DNA of 37,616 nucleotides from a virus. Under the pieces are notes generated by a model that worked only from the letters and a program-made list of their open reading frames with translations, did no database searches and had not been told where the DNA came from. Shown here in pieces: positions 34,700 to 37,616 of this stretch. The translations under genes and the position numbers were made by a program. Location of the stretch: UHGV virus genome UHGV-0218797. One strand, 5' to 3'. Numbering within the stretch: the first letter of the stretch is position 1; every line of letters starts with the position of its first letter.

Positions 34700-34709
34700 A
34701 ATGGGCTAC
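34696..34709 (+). repeat. Copy b, GCAAAATGGGCTAC.
   Basis: The 13-mer core CAAAATGGGCTAC (34697-34709) is exact; 34696 is a flanking G. Overlaps the TTG start of the protease gene, directly after the lipoprotein moron. Confidence 0.75.
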
Positions 34710-34883
34710 AAAATATTCAAGCCGTAACGATCAGGAATAAAATCCCGGCTGGCCGAGAATAATATCTTGCCACCTCCCAAAGTTTTACGTAATATTATAA
34801 TGGTATTGGGAGAGAATTGATTTCTCAGTCCCTGCTCTATTGAATTAAGAAAAAACACTAATTAAAAAAGAAAGGTACTTACC

Positions 34884-35321
34884 ATGAAAATGATTTTTTT
34901 ATGGGCCACATGTTTAGTTGTCATAACCGGTTGCAATGCTCCTCAAGAGAATCATGATCAAATTGAAAACGGTGGAACAAAAATAGAAAACAAGTCGGAA
35001 AATTCTAATTTTTACGGCACTTATGAAGGAACTCTTCCCGCTGCCGATTGTGAAGGTATAAAGACGACACTGACATTAAATAAGGATAAAACTTATATAC
35101 TGAGGAGCGAATATATAGGAGAAGGAGAAAAAAGCGCAACTTTCGAATCAAAAGGTCATTATAATTTGATAAATGGAAACTTGATTGAATTATCTCTAAC
35201 CTCTTCTAATGAAAAATCTTATTATAAAATACTTGATGGTAGTAAATTAATGTTGTCAGACAAAGAAGGATCAATTAATCAAGGAATCTTATCCGAACAT
35301 TATATTTTAAAAAAGAAATAA
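34884..35321 (+). CDS. NlpE N-terminal-domain-like lipoprotein. A moron gene.
   Basis: Lipoprotein signal MKMIFLWATCLVVITGC. YGTYEGTLPAADCEGIKTTLTLNKDKTYIL matches the NlpE/CutF N-terminal domain pattern (YxGxLPCADCxGIxTxLxL). AT-rich and on the opposite strand. Confidence 0.6.
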   Translation: MKMIFLWATCLVVITGCNAPQENHDQIENGGTKIENKSENSNFYGTYEGTLPAADCEGIKTTLTLNKDKTYILRSEYIGEGEKSATFESKGHYNLINGNLIELSLTSSNEKSYYKILDGSKLMLSDKEGSINQGILSEHYILKKK

Positions 35322-35352
35322 AACTATTTCTATAACAAATCTTTTTTCTACT

Positions 35353-35386
35353 CCGCCGCAGTTTCCCCTCTGCGGCGGTTTATTTT
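35353..35386 (+). terminator. Rho-independent terminator for the lipoprotein gene.
   Basis: CCGCCGCAG, a loop of tttcccct, CTGCGGCGG, then TTTATTTT. Confidence 0.65.
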
Positions 35387-35414
35387 ACACCGTCTTTCAG
35401 CTTAGCTCTCCTAG

Positions 35415-36119
35415 TCAATTTATCCAGTCTTCGGAACCTCCCCCGTCATCAAGCATGGCATCCATGAAGTGTTTGAATGCTATGCCCGTAAGTTCTTCCA
35501 TATCCGGAAAAGCCTCCGGCCATGGCGCAAAGATCTGCGACTTCTTGAGCTTATAGACGGCCCTGACTCCGCCATGCCCGTCCGATTCAAAAAGGCAGCC
35601 CGGCTCCAATCCGGAGCCGGTCATGCTGTTGCGAAGGTTGAGGATGCTTTTACGAAGAGTGAAAAGTTTGCGGCCCGTCATAGAGGCGTAAGCGCCAGCG
35701 CGAACGCCGTGCGCCTCCGGAATGACAGGAATGGTCAGCGCCTGGGCCCGCTTGGCCGTCACCGTGCCGCCGTAGATTTTCAATAACAGGGATTGTGCAA
35801 GGTCTAGAGGTTCCCCCCCGTTCCCCTCCCCTGCCTGCCCGGTGAGGTAGATGCGGGCACCGTCCGCCGTCGTCTCGGCAAACCAGTTTCGGGCAATGTC
35901 GTTGGCCCACCCGGTTTTCTTCCTTCCAGGCCCGTGGGTCGGCAGGGACGTGTTTTCAAAGTGTCCGGATTCCGCCTTGTTCCTGTACCAGGACGAAAGC
36001 CAGCTTTTCACTCCCTCCCCCATGCGTTCATTGGCTTTCGCCAAACTTTCCGGAGCTGCTATTTTTTTCACTTCTGCAATTACCGGGTCAACACCGTTCA
36101 AGTCGATCGTCAGGTTCAT
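35415..36119 (-). CDS. Putative virion morphogenesis protein, 234 aa.
   Basis: Position between the portal and the protease. Confidence 0.35.
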   Translation of the reverse strand: MNLTIDLNGVDPVIAEVKKIAAPESLAKANERMGEGVKSWLSSWYRNKAESGHFENTSLPTHGPGRKKTGWANDIARNWFAETTADGARIYLTGQAGEGNGGEPLDLAQSLLLKIYGGTVTAKRAQALTIPVIPEAHGVRAGAYASMTGRKLFTLRKSILNLRNSMTGSGLEPGCLFESDGHGGVRAVYKLKKSQIFAPWPEAFPDMEELTGIAFKHFMDAMLDDGGGSEDWIN

Positions 36120-36379
36120 ATCTCGTCTTCAATCCGATTGATTTCCCACCCCTTCCGGTAAGCTTCCGCGCTGGCGTCCCACAGGGCTTCCTGCAGCAAA
36201 TCATCATTGGTGAGGTCCATTTCCGGAAGGCGGGCAAGCACAGCGGCCAGTTCCGCCCGAAATTCATGATCAGAAAGCCCGGAACGGGCTTTGCCGATCA
36301 ATTCCCGGACAAAATCAGCGCATGGCTCGGCCCACGCCTGTAAAATTTCTTCTGCGGCCTTTTCCGCGTCCTGCTCCAA
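36116..36379 (-). CDS. Hypothetical acidic 87-aa protein.
   Basis: ATGA-coupled between the portal and the morphogenesis gene. Confidence 0.3.
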   Translation of the reverse strand: MEQDAEKAAEEILQAWAEPCADFVRELIGKARSGLSDHEFRAELAAVLARLPEMDLTNDDLLQEALWDASAEAYRKGWEINRIEDEI

Positions 36380-36402
36380 CTCGACGGCCAGGGCGAGCGG
36401 AG

Positions 36403-37616
36403 CTAGTTTTTTCCCTCGGAGGCAGCGGCTTCAATGGCATCCCCGTATTGGCCCGGAGCGGAACCGATAGACGGGGCTTTTCTCAAGACAGGCTCGCCGG
36501 AACGCGGCTTGGGTATCTTGACGATGGTGCGGGCGAATTCTTCTCCTACATCCATGATTTCCGCCGCTTTGGCAACCGTTTCCAGGGCTTCTGCGTCAAT
36601 GCCGCGGATAGAGGGAACAAATTGAGGGAGACGGGAAGGAATATGCCCGTAATTCAAGTGGATGATGGCAGGAATGAGTTGGGAATTGAGAATATTCGCC
36701 ACGGCCTGCCCCGCGTCTTCAATGACCTCTTTGCGGATACCGGCATGCACTTTGCCAAGGGCATACGCCCCTCCGTCCCCCTTGGAACTGGTCAACGTTT
36801 GTCCCAGGATCAGGTTGTCGCATTGTTCGTCCGCCAGTTTGATCAAATCCGCCTGGGGCAGCCCGTTGGCTCCCTTTACGGCGTCATGAAGCTGAAACTC
36901 CATATTCTGCGTTGTGACGGCCCATCCCCCGGAACCAAGGTTTTGCAGCATTTCCGCCGCCTCCGTTTTTGCTTTTTCGTCACCCCTGACTTTAGCCGTC
37001 CGGAAAGGGATGCCGAAAAGCTCGCAAAACGTCATCAGCCAGGGCAACCCGTAACAGGCGGCTCCGAACCATCCCACAAGACACCGGAGCTTGGCGCCAA
37101 AAATAGGGTGGAACACGTCGGCCTTATTCAGCCCAATCAGGAACTTGTCCGGGGGAAATTCTTCTCCTTCCAGGTCGTTTTCCAGGCCGTTGCGGAAAAG
37201 GAGCAAACGATCCTTCCTGCCGTAGTTATATTCCCATGCGTAAAATTGAGCGGAAAGAGACTCGTAACAGCGGGGGTAGATGATATCATCCGACGCCCAT
37301 TTGATTTGATGAACGGTGTTGCCGCAAGTAAGCATATAGGTCAGGGATTTGAGCAAATCGTCTGCTCCCTGCTCTACCGTGTCCGGTTCCGGTTCTGACC
37401 GCCAGAAGGCGGATTCGACAAGCTCCGCCATTTCCTGCGCTTCCGGGGTCGGTTGCTGTCCTTTTTCCGTCCAGGGCATGACTGTCCATTCCATGCGGGC
37501 AACGGCGTTTGCTATTTCCCCAAGATTCTTCCGGAGACGCGGCCATTTTTCCAGCATAGCCATAAAGAGCTGTTCCTGCCGGTCCAGCCGCCCGGAAGCA
37601 ATGGACTCTTTCAGAG
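36403..37616 (-). CDS. Portal protein (DUF935/Mu gp29-like). Probably 5'-truncated by the window edge.
   Basis: Heads the head module. The reading frame stays open upstream of the first Met through to position 37616. No ATPase motifs. Confidence 0.45.
   Translation of the reverse strand, partial: LKESIASGRLDRQEQLFMAMLEKWPRLRKNLGEIANAVARMEWTVMPWTEKGQQPTPEAQEMAELVESAFWRSEPEPDTVEQGADDLLKSLTYMLTCGNTVHQIKWASDDIIYPRCYESLSAQFYAWEYNYGRKDRLLLFRNGLENDLEGEEFPPDKFLIGLNKADVFHPIFGAKLRCLVGWFGAACYGLPWLMTFCELFGIPFRTAKVRGDEKAKTEAAEMLQNLGSGGWAVTTQNMEFQLHDAVKGANGLPQADLIKLADEQCDNLILGQTLTSSKGDGGAYALGKVHAGIRKEVIEDAGQAVANILNSQLIPAIIHLNYGHIPSRLPQFVPSIRGIDAEALETVAKAAEIMDVGEEFARTIVKIPKPRSGEPVLRKAPSIGSAPGQYGDAIEAAASEGKN

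Larger units (their letters stand above)
1..37616. mobile_element. Temperate tailed-phage genome or prophage. The order resembles the lambda vegetative map (head-tail-cargo-att-int-cargo-cI-early-replication-packaging-lysis).
   Basis: Contiguous phage modules: portal, protease, capsid, tape measure, integrase, S24 repressor, DnaB, terminase and lysin. Backbone genes are nearly all on the minus strand, and plus-strand AT-rich morons are inserted among them. Confidence 0.85.

Noticed and set aside
36322-37398. 358-aa plus-strand ORF.
   Set aside because: Antisense to the portal gene. It is Arg/Gly-rich with no motifs.

Overview
The window is almost entirely temperate-phage DNA. It sits in a high-GC background with three AT-rich cargo islands (about 17.46-21.36 kb, 22.6-24.45 kb and 34.7-35.4 kb), and nearly every backbone gene is on the minus strand. 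Read along the minus strand from 37616 down to 1, the modules are:
- Head: a DUF935-like portal that is open at the window edge, a head protease with a nested scaffold, and a major capsid protein.
- Tail: a tape measure protein, a 733-aa tail protein, and a GT-A-like glycosyltransferase embedded in the tail operon.
- b-region cargo on the plus strand: a DUF4339/GYF-like membrane protein and a cytoplasmic trypsin-like protease.
- Attachment site: a tRNA-Arg(UCU)-derived core with TACGGACAAC arm-type repeats on both sides, an intrinsic terminator and a tyrosine integrase.
- Cargo between integrase and repressor, on the plus strand: an OLD-family ATPase/Toprim nuclease, a YHYH secreted protein, and a pair made of an unknown 288-aa protein and a 4-TM protein.
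- Immunity: a CI-like S24 repressor with a divergent operator/promoter region.
- Early and recombination genes: a Sak4-like AAA_24 ATPase, a Cas4/RecB-like nuclease, a DUF669 protein, a RuvC-like resolvase, an orphan methyltransferase and small Cys-rich proteins.
- Replication: a loader-like protein and a DnaB helicase.
- Late and packaging genes: a head-morphogenesis-like protein fused to a C-terminal ADP-ribosyltransferase domain, TerS and TerL.
- A 765-aa Ala-rich tail fibre and a lysis cassette with a GH108 lysin carrying a PG_binding_3 domain.

The main leads are:
1. The core-plus-both-arms organisation looks like an intact attP, so this may be an unintegrated or circularly permuted phage genome. 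Every function appears exactly once, which fits that reading.
2. The repressor-proximal defence locus holds a class-1 OLD nuclease and a RexAB-like but unrecognisable sensor plus 4-TM pair.
3. The MuF-like/ART protein looks like an injected toxin.
4. A 16-nt motif, GTCAAAATGGGCTACG, recurs four times in one orientation at module boundaries and late-gene starts.
5. An NlpE-like lipoprotein moron with its own terminator lies inside the head module.

No CRISPR arrays, rRNA genes or intact tRNA genes were seen. All homology calls rest on motif recognition by eye and were not checked against any database.
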